Shown here in pieces: positions 19,056-28,769 of a stretch of DNA of 64,000 nucleotides. The stretch comes from an uncultured Fretibacterium sp. (lineage in GTDB: Bacteria > Synergistota > Synergistia > Synergistales > Aminobacteriaceae): NCBI GenBank assembly GCA_937899395.1, contig CALBPU010000181.1, positions 4,297 to 68,296 of the forward strand, in the 5' to 3' direction. Below the pieces are notes generated by a model, which was given only the letters and a program-made list of their open reading frames with translations, did not search any database and was not told the DNA's origin. Every line of letters begins with the position of its first letter. The stretch's first letter is position 1. The position numbers and the translations under genes are program-made.

Positions 19056-20504
19056 TTATTTTTTGCTAATCATTATGAAATATGTTGAACCTTCACGCTC
19101 AATCATTAACACGATCGAAGTTTCTTCACCGATTGCCTTCTTAAGATCGTCAGTTGAAGTTACTTCTTGACCGTTGACCTCGATTAATAAATCTCCTTCC
19201 CTGACTTCTCCGTCAAAATCAGCTTTCGATTCTCTGTCAATTTCCGTTATTACAAGGCTGTTAGTGTTTGAATCAATATTATATTTTTTCTTAAGATTGT
19301 CATTAAGTTTTGCTACACGGCTTATTCCGAAATCCTTCAAAGCGTCTGAACCGTCCGAAACTTTTTCCTCAGTTTCTTTATTTTGTGTTTCAGCATCAGG
19401 GCGGCCATCTGTTGTATTTGCACGTTCTCCTAATTGAACATCAAAATTCAATTTTTTGCCTTTTCTTACGACTACAAGTTTTGCAGTTGAGTTAGGAGCG
19501 AGGGTTCTGACTTTCTGGACAAATGCGCTTGCATCTTTTACTTTTTCGCCGTTGAGTTCAATTACGACATCTCCGCGTTTAATTCCTGCTTTGTCTGCCG
19601 GATCTCCTTTGAACACGTCGTTAATCATTGCTCCGTTAGTGCCCTCAACTTTGTAAGCCTTTGCCATTTGTTCGTTAATATCTCTGACAGATACTCCGAG
19701 CCAACCTCTTCTTGCATGGCCGTGTGAAACTAAATCGCCCATAATTTCCTTCGCTTTATTAACAGGAACTGCAAAGCCTAAACCTTGAGCATAGGGAATA
19801 ATTGCAGTATTAATTCCGATAACTTTACCGTCCATATTTAATAACGGGCCGCCTGAATTTCCGGGATTAATTGCCGCGTCAGTCTGAAGGAAATCGTCAA
19901 AATTTACGTCCTGAGCATGAATGCTTCTGTTTTTAGCTGAAATTACTCCAGCAGTTACGGAGTGTTCAAAACCGTAAGGATTGCCGATAGCTACAACCCA
20001 TTCTCCTACTTCAACAGCATCTGAATCGCCTAATTCAAGAACGGGTAAATCTTCATCGGGTTCAATCTTTATTACGGCTAAATCATACGTTGCGTCTTGT
20101 CCTTTGAGTGTTGCGGGATAAGTTTTTTTGTCGCCGTTTGCAAGCAAAACTGAAACAGTGATTTTGTCAACGCCGTCAACAACGTGATTATTCGTTAAAA
20201 TTAATCCGTCTTTTGAAACTATGAAACCTGAACCTCTTCCCTTCATCGGAACTGAACGCGTGAAATCTTTGAAAGCATCACCGAAAAATCTCTTGAAAAT
20301 CGGATCGTCATCAAAGGGAAAAGGTGAGAATGAACGTTTCGCAGTTTTCTCAACATCAATATTAACGACAGCAACCGAAGCGTTTTTAACAATAGAAACG
20401 ATAGGGTTAGACGATCCAAAAGGAGACATAGCGGCTAATGATGTTCCACCTAACGCAAAAATCAACGCAAGCGTCAAAACTAACGCTAAAAATTTTTTAC
20501 TCAA
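19056..20504 (-). CDS. htrA: HtrA/DegP-family periplasmic serine protease with two PDZ domains
   Basis: Signal peptide, catalytic triad context (TNNHVV, D, GNSGGPLLN), then two PDZ-sized C-terminal regions. Confidence 0.9.
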   Translation of the reverse strand: MSKKFLALVLTLALIFALGGTSLAAMSPFGSSNPIVSIVKNASVAVVNIDVEKTAKRSFSPFPFDDDPIFKRFFGDAFKDFTRSVPMKGRGSGFIVSKDGLILTNNHVVDGVDKITVSVLLANGDKKTYPATLKGQDATYDLAVIKIEPDEDLPVLELGDSDAVEVGEWVVAIGNPYGFEHSVTAGVISAKNRSIHAQDVNFDDFLQTDAAINPGNSGGPLLNMDGKVIGINTAIIPYAQGLGFAVPVNKAKEIMGDLVSHGHARRGWLGVSVRDINEQMAKAYKVEGTNGAMINDVFKGDPADKAGIKRGDVVIELNGEKVKDASAFVQKVRTLAPNSTAKLVVVRKGKKLNFDVQLGERANTTDGRPDAETQNKETEEKVSDGSDALKDFGISRVAKLNDNLKKKYNIDSNTNSLVITEIDRESKADFDGEVREGDLLIEVNGQEVTSTDDLKKAIGEETSIVLMIEREGSTYFIMISKK

Positions 20505-20599
20505 AATAAAATTACCTCCAATAATTTTTTCAATTTTTTACAGCGGAATATTTTAATGGCTCTCAAAAATTATTTCACGCCAATTTTTACCTATATTAA

Positions 20600-21385
20600 C
20601 TAACGGCTTTTCACTGATTTTAATCTACGCAAACCATACATAAGCCATAAGCATTCAAACGGAAGAGCAACAGCTAAAATGATATACAAAGGTGTCGTGA
20701 AAATCTTCTCAAATAAGTGTGTCTTATCTCTGAAATAAATCATTGAAAATCTCATAAGCGAATATAATATTAATGCTAACGGAGCTATTACTGAATGAGA
20801 TTGCGAGATTAAATTTGAACGTCTGATTTTTTGCTCGACCTTTAACAAAATTAACATTGTTATTAACATTATTACAGAGTAATAAATTTGTACAGGGTGT
20901 CTTGTAACTCCTGCTTTATCAAATGGAAAATGAACGGCAAAAAATGATTTTGAACGCAGCCCTACACAGCAGCCGTTGAAAAAACAACCCCATCTTCCTA
21001 TTATTATTGAAATACATGAAGGAATTGCAGCAGCTTCACATAATTTTAAGAACGAAATTTTTTTGCGATATAAACTCGTTAAAAATCCTGCTGTTATGCC
21101 TCCGATTACTGCTCCGATTTCGTGAAGTCCTCCGCGATTCAGGTCTAATAATAATGACGGATTGTTATAATAAACCTTCCAATTAAAAATATATTCGGGC
21201 ATTCTTGCTCCTAACAATATGAAAAAAAACGATACCGCCATAACCGTTCTGGCTTCGTCCTCGTTAATATCGTAAAGTTTAAGGCGTTTGATGCTCCAGA
21301 TTATAGCGAGCGACAGACCTATAAACCATAAAACGCTGTATGTGTCAATTCTAAATCCGAAAATATGAAAAAGTGTTGGGTACAT
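20600..21385 (-). CDS. lgt: Prolipoprotein diacylglyceryl transferase
   Basis: 261-aa polytopic protein. GRWGCFFNGCCVG and HPVQIYYS motifs. Confidence 0.85.
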   Translation of the reverse strand: MYPTLFHIFGFRIDTYSVLWFIGLSLAIIWSIKRLKLYDINEDEARTVMAVSFFFILLGARMPEYIFNWKVYYNNPSLLLDLNRGGLHEIGAVIGGITAGFLTSLYRKKISFLKLCEAAAIPSCISIIIGRWGCFFNGCCVGLRSKSFFAVHFPFDKAGVTRHPVQIYYSVIMLITMLILLKVEQKIRRSNLISQSHSVIAPLALILYSLMRFSMIYFRDKTHLFEKIFTTPLYIILAVALPFECLWLMYGLRRLKSVKSR

Positions 21386-21395
21386 GATAAAAAAT

Positions 21396-21473
21396 AAAAC
21401 CCCTTGTCATAATGTAACCCTTACCTTGTCTCCCCTGAGAAGGGGAGATGTCATGCAATGACAGAGGGGTTTT
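21396..21473 (-). promoter_or_regulatory. Long nested hairpin followed by a U-run, ending 3 nt before the lgt start and sequestering its purine-rich RBS
   Basis: The outer arms are AAAACCCCTTGTCAT (21396-21410) and ATGACAGAGGGGTTTT (21458-21473), 15 bp with one bulge. The inner hairpin is TCTCCCCT-GAGA-AGGGGAGA (21429-21448). An alternative mini-hairpin is TGTCAT-GCA-ATGACA (21449-21463). On the minus-strand RNA the 3' arm ...AAGGGGUUUUAUUUUUUAUC precedes the AUG. Confidence 0.5.
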
Positions 21474-21492
21474 CAATTAGATAAAAATTTCT

Positions 21493-22047
21493 TTATGCCT
21501 TGTAAACTAACGGGATTAAAAACGCTTCCGCAACTTCTTCTGACATTGCTTTACCCTCAAGAATTTCAAGGAGTTTAAGAGCAAAGAAAGGAGTTACGGC
21601 AGGCCCTTTAGCAGTTGTGATGTTTCCGTCGGTTTCTACAATGTGTGTTCCAATTCTTGCGCCAGTAAGATGTTTTTCAAGTCCGGGATAACATACCGCA
21701 GTTTTTCCGGCCAAAATTCCGGCTTTACCGAGTGCAGCAGGGGCAGCGCAAATAGCAGCGATTAATTTTCCTTCAGCATGATATTTTTTCACAAGCTCCT
21801 GAAGTCCTTCATGGTCTTTGATATTGAGAGTACCTCCGGGAAGAATGAGCATATCGAATTTTTCGTCCTTAACAGTTTCAAACATTGCGTCAGCCCGAAC
21901 AGAAATTTTATTTTTGCTGATAACTTCCTGTCTGCCTGTTAATGATGCTGTAGTAACGACAACACCGCCGCGTCTCAAAATATCTCCTGTTGTTAATGCT
22001 TCAGTTTCCTCGAAACCGTCAATTAAAAATATTGCAGCAGTTTTCAT
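21493..22047 (-). CDS. DJ-1/PfpI-family protein
   Basis: 184 aa. Nucleophile elbow AAICAAP and the overall ThiJ/DJ-1 pattern (LPGG...). Confidence 0.85.
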   Translation of the reverse strand: MKTAAIFLIDGFEETEALTTGDILRRGGVVVTTASLTGRQEVISKNKISVRADAMFETVKDEKFDMLILPGGTLNIKDHEGLQELVKKYHAEGKLIAAICAAPAALGKAGILAGKTAVCYPGLEKHLTGARIGTHIVETDGNITTAKGPAVTPFFALKLLEILEGKAMSEEVAEAFLIPLVYKA

Positions 22048-22107
22048 GATGAAAAATTTTTCCTCCTAAAAATTAATATGAATTTTTCCCGAATTATAAC
22101 ACTATGT

Positions 22108-22350
22108 TTAGGGAGAATAGATTTTTTTGTTTCGTGAAAGTTTTTTTGCGTCGGATTTTTTTTTCCAAGCGTTTTGCAAGGCATGTACGACTTTTTTCCA
22201 CTTAAAATTCCATGCACTTTCAGCCTCGCAGGGCTTATAAAATTCCGGGTGATCTATTGCGTCAATATCATTCGGCCTTTTATGAATTGTAAAATTTTCT
22301 CCGTCGAATGATATTGATGAACCGTCTTTGAAGGGTAAATAAACTCTCAT
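22108..22350 (-). CDS. Hypothetical small basic-tailed protein
   Basis: 80-aa ORF overlapping the upstream GNAT gene by 4 nt (ATGA-type coupling); no recognisable domain. Confidence 0.4.
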   Translation of the reverse strand: MRVYLPFKDGSSISFDGENFTIHKRPNDIDAIDHPEFYKPCEAESAWNFKWKKVVHALQNAWKKKSDAKKLSRNKKIYSP

Positions 22351-22826
22351 AATTTTATTCTGAAGTTCAACGGCAATGAAGCACTCATAACTATTGCGTC
22401 CTCACCGTTTGAATAATATCCGCGTCGGACTGTCTCGCCTTTGAAAGACATTTGAGAATACAAAGCTATTGCGCCCGAATTTGATTTACGTACACGTAAT
22501 TTTAATCTCTTCATGTTAAGATACATTGCGCAATCACTTACGGCTATTAATAACTGCGTGCCAATTCCCATTCGCTGAAAATTTTTATCGACATTTAACG
22601 CCATTAAAAGCCCTGTTTTTTTCTCTCGTCCTAAAACGGCATAACCCAACAATGAAGCCTCCGTATTAGTTGCGAAGGCTCCAATGTAAGTTATTTCGTT
22701 GTTAGATTCGTTTTGCAAATCTGCTCTTATAATTTCCTCTGACCACGGACAGCCCGATTTTGCGTTAATCCTCAAAATATCAGGCAGGTTATTTATGTTC
22801 AGGAAATTTATTTCAGGCAAATACAA
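22347..22826 (-). CDS. rimI: GNAT N-acetyltransferase, RimI-like
   Basis: 159 aa. Acetyl-CoA motif QRMGIGTQLL, LKLRVRKSNSGAIALYSQMSF, YYSNGEDAIVM. This is the typical RimI layout. Confidence 0.7.
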   Translation of the reverse strand: MYLPEINFLNINNLPDILRINAKSGCPWSEEIIRADLQNESNNEITYIGAFATNTEASLLGYAVLGREKKTGLLMALNVDKNFQRMGIGTQLLIAVSDCAMYLNMKRLKLRVRKSNSGAIALYSQMSFKGETVRRGYYSNGEDAIVMSASLPLNFRIKL

Positions 22827-22829
22827 AAA

Positions 22830-24122
22830 TTACATACCTCTGTTTATAGTTTGATTGCGATCTGCTCCGACACCGATTAACATTACGGGTGTCTTTAATT
22901 TTTCCTCAATGTATTTCACATACGACTGAGCATTTGCAGGAAGTTCCTCAAAAGTTTTGCAGTTCGTTATGTCGTCGTCCCAACCGGGCAATGTTTCGTA
23001 AACGGGTTTAAGATTGTCCAACACCCGATAATCTGTCGGCCATGTTGAAATTTTTTCGCCGTCTTTTTCATAAGCAACACAAACTTTAATACCGCCCATT
23101 CCTGTTAAGACATCAAGTTTTGTTAATGCTATAACGTCAGCACCGTTAAGTTCCATTGAATATTTCAAAGCGGGAATATCAAGCCAACCGCAACGTCTGG
23201 GTCTTCCTGTTGTAGCTCCGAACTCGCCGCCGTTAGCTCTTAACTTTTCGCCTGCTTCCTCAAAATCTTCAGTCGGGAAAGCTCCTTCACCTACTCGTGT
23301 TGTATATGCTTTTACGACAGCAATAACCCTTGTTAAATCGTTAGGAGCTAATCCTGTTCCTGTAAATGCTCCTGCTGCTGAAGTTGAAGAGCTTGTAACA
23401 TAAGGATAAGTTCCGTGATCAATATCAAGCAAAGCAGCCTGCGCTCCTTCAAGCAAAACATGCTGTCCTTCATCAACGGCCTTCCTTAAAATCGCTCTTA
23501 TATCATCAACATAAGGTGCAATAGCTTCGCCCCATTTTCTCGCAGGCTCATAGACTTCATCAAAGGGCAAAGGTTTTTGATTATATAATTTCGTGAAAAT
23601 CTGATTTTTTTCCTCAAGAATATATGTTAATCTCTCACGAAGCACATCAGGATCAATTAAATCTTCAATTCTTAAACCCGAACGTGAATATTTATCGACG
23701 TAACAAGGCCCTATTCCTCGTCCTGTTGTACCGATTTTGCGGCCTTTTCCTCGAGCTTCTTCCTGAAGTTTATCGAGCATTCTGTGATAAGGCATAACAA
23801 CATGAGCATGAGGACTTACGGCTAATCTTGCTTTGTCCTGACCTCTCTGGAATAATTCGTTAGTTTCGGCTAAAAATTGTTCAGGGTCAATTACTAAACC
23901 GTTACCGAGAACACATAATTTTCCCGAATAAAGCATTCCTGACGGCAATAAATGGAACACGACTTTTTGACCGTCCGAAATTACCGTGTGTCCTGCGTTA
24001 GCTCCACCCTGAAATCTGACAAAAACATCAACATCAGAACCTAACATATCAACTACTTTGCCCTTACCTTCATCGCCCCATTGGGCACCGACTAAAAGGT
24101 CTACATTTTTTTTACCGCTCAA
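22830..24122 (-). CDS. purA: Adenylosuccinate synthetase
   Basis: GAQWGDEGKGK P-loop, GGANAGHTV, TTGRGIGP, GATTGRPRRCGW. Confidence 0.95.
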   Translation of the reverse strand: MSGKKNVDLLVGAQWGDEGKGKVVDMLGSDVDVFVRFQGGANAGHTVISDGQKVVFHLLPSGMLYSGKLCVLGNGLVIDPEQFLAETNELFQRGQDKARLAVSPHAHVVMPYHRMLDKLQEEARGKGRKIGTTGRGIGPCYVDKYSRSGLRIEDLIDPDVLRERLTYILEEKNQIFTKLYNQKPLPFDEVYEPARKWGEAIAPYVDDIRAILRKAVDEGQHVLLEGAQAALLDIDHGTYPYVTSSSTSAAGAFTGTGLAPNDLTRVIAVVKAYTTRVGEGAFPTEDFEEAGEKLRANGGEFGATTGRPRRCGWLDIPALKYSMELNGADVIALTKLDVLTGMGGIKVCVAYEKDGEKISTWPTDYRVLDNLKPVYETLPGWDDDITNCKTFEELPANAQSYVKYIEEKLKTPVMLIGVGADRNQTINRGM

Positions 24123-24143
24123 AATATTTTTACATCTCCTTGA

Positions 24144-25376
24144 TTATTTTCTTTTTCCAGCCACAGATCTAAGCAATTTTTTTACCTCAGTAATTGCTCT
24201 CTGAAGCTGAAGATCTTTACTGGTATCTCTATTTGGTTCGCCTTTGACTTCAATATCAGGCGATAATCCAACATGATCTATCAATTTTCCCGACGGTGTG
24301 TAATATCTGGCAATCGTTACATAAACTCCGGAACCGTCAGTTAACGGGAACAACGTTTGAACGCTGCCCTTGCCGAAACTTTTTTCACCGATTAATTTTG
24401 CCCTGCCTTTATCGCTCAAAGCACCTGCAACGATTTCAGATGCCGAAGCACTTCCGCCGTTGATTAATACGTTCATTGGAACTGACGTTAAGTAAAATGA
24501 TTTATCGACATAATATTGATCGTTAGCTCTCTTTGAACGTCCTTTAGTTTCGACGACCAAACCGTTATTAACGAACATGCTGACAACTTTAACACTTACG
24601 TCAAGAAGGCCACCACCGTTGTTTCTCAAGTCCAAAATTAAAGCCTTCATGCCTTGTTTAACTAAATCTCTAACGGCATTTCTTGCTTCTTCAGCGGTAT
24701 CGTGTTTGAACTGAGTTAATTTGAGGTAGCCAATATCGTCCGAAAGCATTTCATAACGAACGCTGTGTAACTTTATAATCTCCCTTGTTATTTCAAAGCT
24801 CAAAAGTTCGTCCTCATTTTCACGTCTGACCCAGACCGTAACTTTTGTGCCTGCTTCACCGCGTAATTTTTGGACAACCCTGTCAGAAGTCCAGCCGACA
24901 ACGACTTCATCATCGATTTTAACGATCATGTCCTTGTTTTTTAAGCCTGCACGTTCAGCGGGAGAATCTTCCATCGGGCTAATAACGACGACAGCTCCGT
25001 CCCTGTCTCCGATGTACATTCCTAAACCGCCGTAATGTCCTTCAAGTTCAATCTCTTCATCTTTTAATTGCTTTGGAGATACGAAACGGGTGTAAGGGTC
25101 TTTCCATGCTTCAACCATTCCTTTAGCGGCACCGTGCAGTAAATCTTCGTCGGAAGCGGGCTTTTTGTCAGCGTCAACCTGATAATTTTCGATGATGTAA
25201 CGAACTTGGCGCAAAAGCCATAAAGACCTGACATTAAACGGGGATATTCTGTTAAAATCTTCGTCGGAGAAGTCAGCCGATATAGCTTTGAAGGCATATA
25301 AAGAACCGAACAACGCTAATAAAACTAAAAACAGAACATACTTTTTTTGTTTTTTCAAATTTTTCAATCTATGCAC
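24144..25376 (-). CDS. ctpA: S41 carboxyl-terminal processing protease
   Basis: Signal-anchor, PDZ region, LDLRNNGGG, GGSASASEIVAGAL (Ser nucleophile), then the Lys region. Confidence 0.9.
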   Translation of the reverse strand: MHRLKNLKKQKKYVLFLVLLALFGSLYAFKAISADFSDEDFNRISPFNVRSLWLLRQVRYIIENYQVDADKKPASDEDLLHGAAKGMVEAWKDPYTRFVSPKQLKDEEIELEGHYGGLGMYIGDRDGAVVVISPMEDSPAERAGLKNKDMIVKIDDEVVVGWTSDRVVQKLRGEAGTKVTVWVRRENEDELLSFEITREIIKLHSVRYEMLSDDIGYLKLTQFKHDTAEEARNAVRDLVKQGMKALILDLRNNGGGLLDVSVKVVSMFVNNGLVVETKGRSKRANDQYYVDKSFYLTSVPMNVLINGGSASASEIVAGALSDKGRAKLIGEKSFGKGSVQTLFPLTDGSGVYVTIARYYTPSGKLIDHVGLSPDIEVKGEPNRDTSKDLQLQRAITEVKKLLRSVAGKRK

Positions 25377-25427
25377 CTCTTTTATGAAAATATGCTTTAA
25401 TCTCTCGGAAATTATACAGCATAATTT

Positions 25428-26675
25428 TTATATCAGGTAATTCATGGGATTTACAGCCGAGCCGTTTTTCCTGACCTCAAAATGCAATCCGTATTCCGAA
25501 TTTGTTCCTGAATTTCCTACACGGCCGATAACTGTTCCTGCTTTAACCGAAGCTCCTTCACGAACCGAAGCTCCTCCTAAATGGGCATAAACAGTTGATA
25601 AATCACCGCCGTGATCAATTATTATAACCTGTCCGAAACCTCTTAACCAACCTTGATATAAAACTTCACCTGCTCCGGCAGCTTTAACGGGAGTTCCTGA
25701 AGATGCCTTAATATCAATTCCGGAGTTAAAAATTTTTGTTTTGAAAGTCGGGTGAACTCGTGAACCGTATTGCATAGTTACTGTACCGTTTACAGGCCAT
25801 GAAAGAGCGCCGGGAGCTTTTCGAGCTGTTGCAGCAGCAGGTTGAGCTTGAGTTTTTTGTGGAGCTTTATTGTTATTAGAAGCAGTTTTATTTTTTGCAA
25901 CAGTTTTTTGTGAAGCGGCTTTTGTTTGAGCAGTTTTCTTTTGTTTCATCAAAGAATTTATTTTGCTTCCGACAGCCCTTTGAGCATTTTCAAGTTCTTT
26001 AGCGGCGGCTTCAGCCCTTTTCTGTTCACTTTGAACATTTTTCAACAAAGTGTCAGTTTGTTTAATAGTTGAGTCATATTCAGCACGTTTCTTTTTTAAT
26101 TCATCAGCTTGTTTACGAATTTTAGATTGATCAGCTTCAAGTTTTCTCCTAGCTTCTATTAATTCATTTTCCTGTTGAGTTAAATCATTAAGCATTTTTT
26201 GGTCATTGCGGGCAAATAATTTTAACATATAAGCAGTATTTACGGCATCATGAGGGTCTGTTGAATTTAATATCAGGCTCAAAGTGTTTTCTTCAGGAAT
26301 AAATTTGTAAAGTTCAGGAACTCTTTCTTTGAGAATAGCAATAATTTTTGACATTGAAGCATTTACAGTTTTTATGCGCTTATCCAGTTCATCAACAGAT
26401 TTGTTTAACTTTGAATTTTCACTTTCAAGATCATTCATTTTTGCTTGAGAAGCTGAAGCATCCTTTTTGAGTTTCGACAGTTGCCCCAACAAAGTTTTTG
26501 ATTGTTTGGATTTTTCTTTAGCTATCGAATTGTACTGCTGAATTTTTTTCTTCATGTCATTTTGATTTTTTTGTTGAGTTTTAATTTGACTGTCTATATT
26601 TGCCGAATAGACTTCAGAATTAATACTCATAATTAATAACATCAGCGATAAAATTGCAACAAATTTTTTCATCAA
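25428..26675 (-). CDS. Coiled-coil LytM/M23-domain protein with degenerate metal/catalytic residues (EnvC-like activator candidate)
   Basis: Signal peptide, about 250 aa of heptad-rich coiled coil, C-terminal LytM domain. HxxxD reads NSGID, and HxH reads G-L-H (EYGLHFEV). Confidence 0.85.
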   Translation of the reverse strand: MMKKFVAILSLMLLIMSINSEVYSANIDSQIKTQQKNQNDMKKKIQQYNSIAKEKSKQSKTLLGQLSKLKKDASASQAKMNDLESENSKLNKSVDELDKRIKTVNASMSKIIAILKERVPELYKFIPEENTLSLILNSTDPHDAVNTAYMLKLFARNDQKMLNDLTQQENELIEARRKLEADQSKIRKQADELKKKRAEYDSTIKQTDTLLKNVQSEQKRAEAAAKELENAQRAVGSKINSLMKQKKTAQTKAASQKTVAKNKTASNNNKAPQKTQAQPAAATARKAPGALSWPVNGTVTMQYGSRVHPTFKTKIFNSGIDIKASSGTPVKAAGAGEVLYQGWLRGFGQVIIIDHGGDLSTVYAHLGGASVREGASVKAGTVIGRVGNSGTNSEYGLHFEVRKNGSAVNPMNYLI

Positions 26676-26684
26676 TATCCCTCC

Positions 26685-27872
26685 TTAACGTTTCAAATAT
26701 TTTATAGGATTTGCTGGTGTACCAAAAACTCTGACTTCAAAATGTAAATGGTAGCCTGTTGTATTACCTGTTTTACCTACACGAGCTATTACAGCACCGT
26801 TTTTAACGACTTGTCCTTCTTTTACAAGGCTTGCTGAAAGATGAGCATATAAAGTTGAATAACCTCTTCCGTGATCTAAAACGACAACACGTCCGTAACC
26901 TCTTAACCAACCGTCATAAATCACTTCTCCCGGAGCGGCTGCTTTAACAGGAGTTCCGTTTGGAGCAGCAATATCAATGCCCGAATGTAAAATATTTCGT
27001 TTTAAGATCGGGTGCATTCTATTTCCGTAACCGCTTGCAATTTGACCTCTTACAGGCCAATCGAACATGGAGCCTTTACCTGTTACATAAGATTTTTTGG
27101 CAGCTTCAGAACGTTTCCTTTGTAATTCCGCTATCATTCTTCCTGCTTGTTTTTGAGCTTGTTCGGCTTCAATAGCGGCTTTTTCGGCCAATGCTTTTTT
27201 CTTCTTTATCGAGCTTATAAATGAGTTTGTCTCTTTGATACTAAGTTTATATTTATTGCGCTGGGTTTGAACAGCTTCGGTTTTTTCCTGTAATCTTGTT
27301 TGTTGCTCGTTCATGGTTTGACGGCTTAAATCAAGATTTTGAACTCTCGATTGAAGTTGTGATAAAATCTCCTCATCACGTTGAGTAACTAAATTCAACA
27401 AATGTGCAGTTTCAACAGCTTCAAAAACGCTTCTTGATGCAAACATCATTCGCATAGTACCGGCTTCTCCGTATTTATACATGTCAAGCAATCTGCCTTT
27501 CATTTGTTCGGAGAGTTCAGCTATTTTAACCTGTTCATCTTTTATGTTGTCATCAAGGACATCTATATTTTCCTGAATTTTTTTGTTTTGAAGTTCAAGG
27601 ACTGTTAATTCCTGCCGTGCAACGCTTTCATCTTGCTGTAAAGTATTTACTTTAGTTAGTAAACTCTCAACCTGATTTCCCATATCTTGAACTTGCTTCT
27701 TGTATTTCTCTACTTGTTTGGCAAGATCAGAACGTTTTTTTTCTTCTTCTGCTATTTGAGAATCAATGCTTCCTTTACTCTTTTTAGCAGCGGAATTTAC
27801 AGGTGTTGAGACATAAATTAATGAAATTACAACTAAAATAACAAGACTTGAAAACTTTATAAACTTACGCAT
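26685..27872 (-). CDS. Coiled-coil M23 peptidase with intact active-site motifs
   Basis: Same architecture as its neighbour, but HSGIDI (HxxxD) and GYHLHFEV (HxH) are intact. Confidence 0.85.
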   Translation of the reverse strand: MRKFIKFSSLVILVVISLIYVSTPVNSAAKKSKGSIDSQIAEEEKKRSDLAKQVEKYKKQVQDMGNQVESLLTKVNTLQQDESVARQELTVLELQNKKIQENIDVLDDNIKDEQVKIAELSEQMKGRLLDMYKYGEAGTMRMMFASRSVFEAVETAHLLNLVTQRDEEILSQLQSRVQNLDLSRQTMNEQQTRLQEKTEAVQTQRNKYKLSIKETNSFISSIKKKKALAEKAAIEAEQAQKQAGRMIAELQRKRSEAAKKSYVTGKGSMFDWPVRGQIASGYGNRMHPILKRNILHSGIDIAAPNGTPVKAAAPGEVIYDGWLRGYGRVVVLDHGRGYSTLYAHLSASLVKEGQVVKNGAVIARVGKTGNTTGYHLHFEVRVFGTPANPIKYLKR

Positions 27873-28769
27873 TTATTCGGGCCTCGTTATTGAGTTTATG
27901 AACCTCGCTACAACAATGTAACTGCAAACCCAACCTAATGTTGCTCCAAATCCTGCTAACAAACCGCAAAATCTGAAAATTATATTTTTATCCGTCAACA
28001 AACTTGTGCGCAAAAACGGTAAACTGTTTTCTAATAAGGCTATTCCTGGGAAATATGTTCCAAGAATGCCGCCAGCAGCTATTAATGCACCGAAAAACGC
28101 TAATAACGTTCCTTCAAGCACAAATGGCGATGCTATGTAAGCACGTGTTGCTCCGATTAAATACATTATTCCTATTTCATCTCTTCGTGAATATAATGAA
28201 ATATGTATAGTGTTATAAACAACTAACGCAGTTATTACAACGGATAATATAAACATTACAAGAGCAACTCTTGACGAAATATTTGATAATGCTGAAATCC
28301 TTTTTACAACCATTCCGGCATACACAACATCGTCAACTTCAGGAAGTGCTTTTAATTCATCAACTAAAGGCTCAACATCTTCTGCTTTTCTGACGTGAAT
28401 TTCAAAATTATAAGGTATCGGATTTTCACCTAACATCTCTAAAGCTCTGGAATGGCTGCCCATTTTCTCCTGAAGTTTTGCAAGCGAATCTGAAGGTGAA
28501 TATACTTTCATTGCCGAAACATATTCTAATTCCTGAATTTTTTCAGCTACTGAATTAACGTCTAAAGTAGTGTCCTTAACTAAATATGCCTGAACAACCA
28601 ATTCACTTTCAAGGCGATTCAAGAGATTTTCAAGATTTAATGAAAATAGCGTCGTAATTCCTAAAATCCACAGCATAACTCCTGCCGTAATTAAAGTTAA
28701 TAACCCTAAAATCCAGTGTCGGGCTATTAACCTGAACATATCACGCAATATATATTTTATAGTAGTCAT
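27873..28769 (-). CDS. ftsX: Cell-division ABC transporter permease-like protein FtsX
   Basis: 298 aa with 4 TM segments and a large first extracytoplasmic loop. It overlaps ftsE by 1 nt and abuts the M23 gene. Confidence 0.85.
   Translation of the reverse strand: MTTIKYILRDMFRLIARHWILGLLTLITAGVMLWILGITTLFSLNLENLLNRLESELVVQAYLVKDTTLDVNSVAEKIQELEYVSAMKVYSPSDSLAKLQEKMGSHSRALEMLGENPIPYNFEIHVRKAEDVEPLVDELKALPEVDDVVYAGMVVKRISALSNISSRVALVMFILSVVITALVVYNTIHISLYSRRDEIGIMYLIGATRAYIASPFVLEGTLLAFFGALIAAGGILGTYFPGIALLENSLPFLRTSLLTDKNIIFRFCGLLAGFGATLGWVCSYIVVARFINSITRPE

Noticed and set aside
22108-22826. GNAT acetyltransferase plus overlapping 80-aa ORF as a TacT/AtaT-type toxin-antitoxin pair
   Set aside because: The GNAT protein looks like a standard RimI. 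The small ORF is downstream rather than upstream and has no RHH/DUF1778-like features. The pair sits inside a housekeeping operon.
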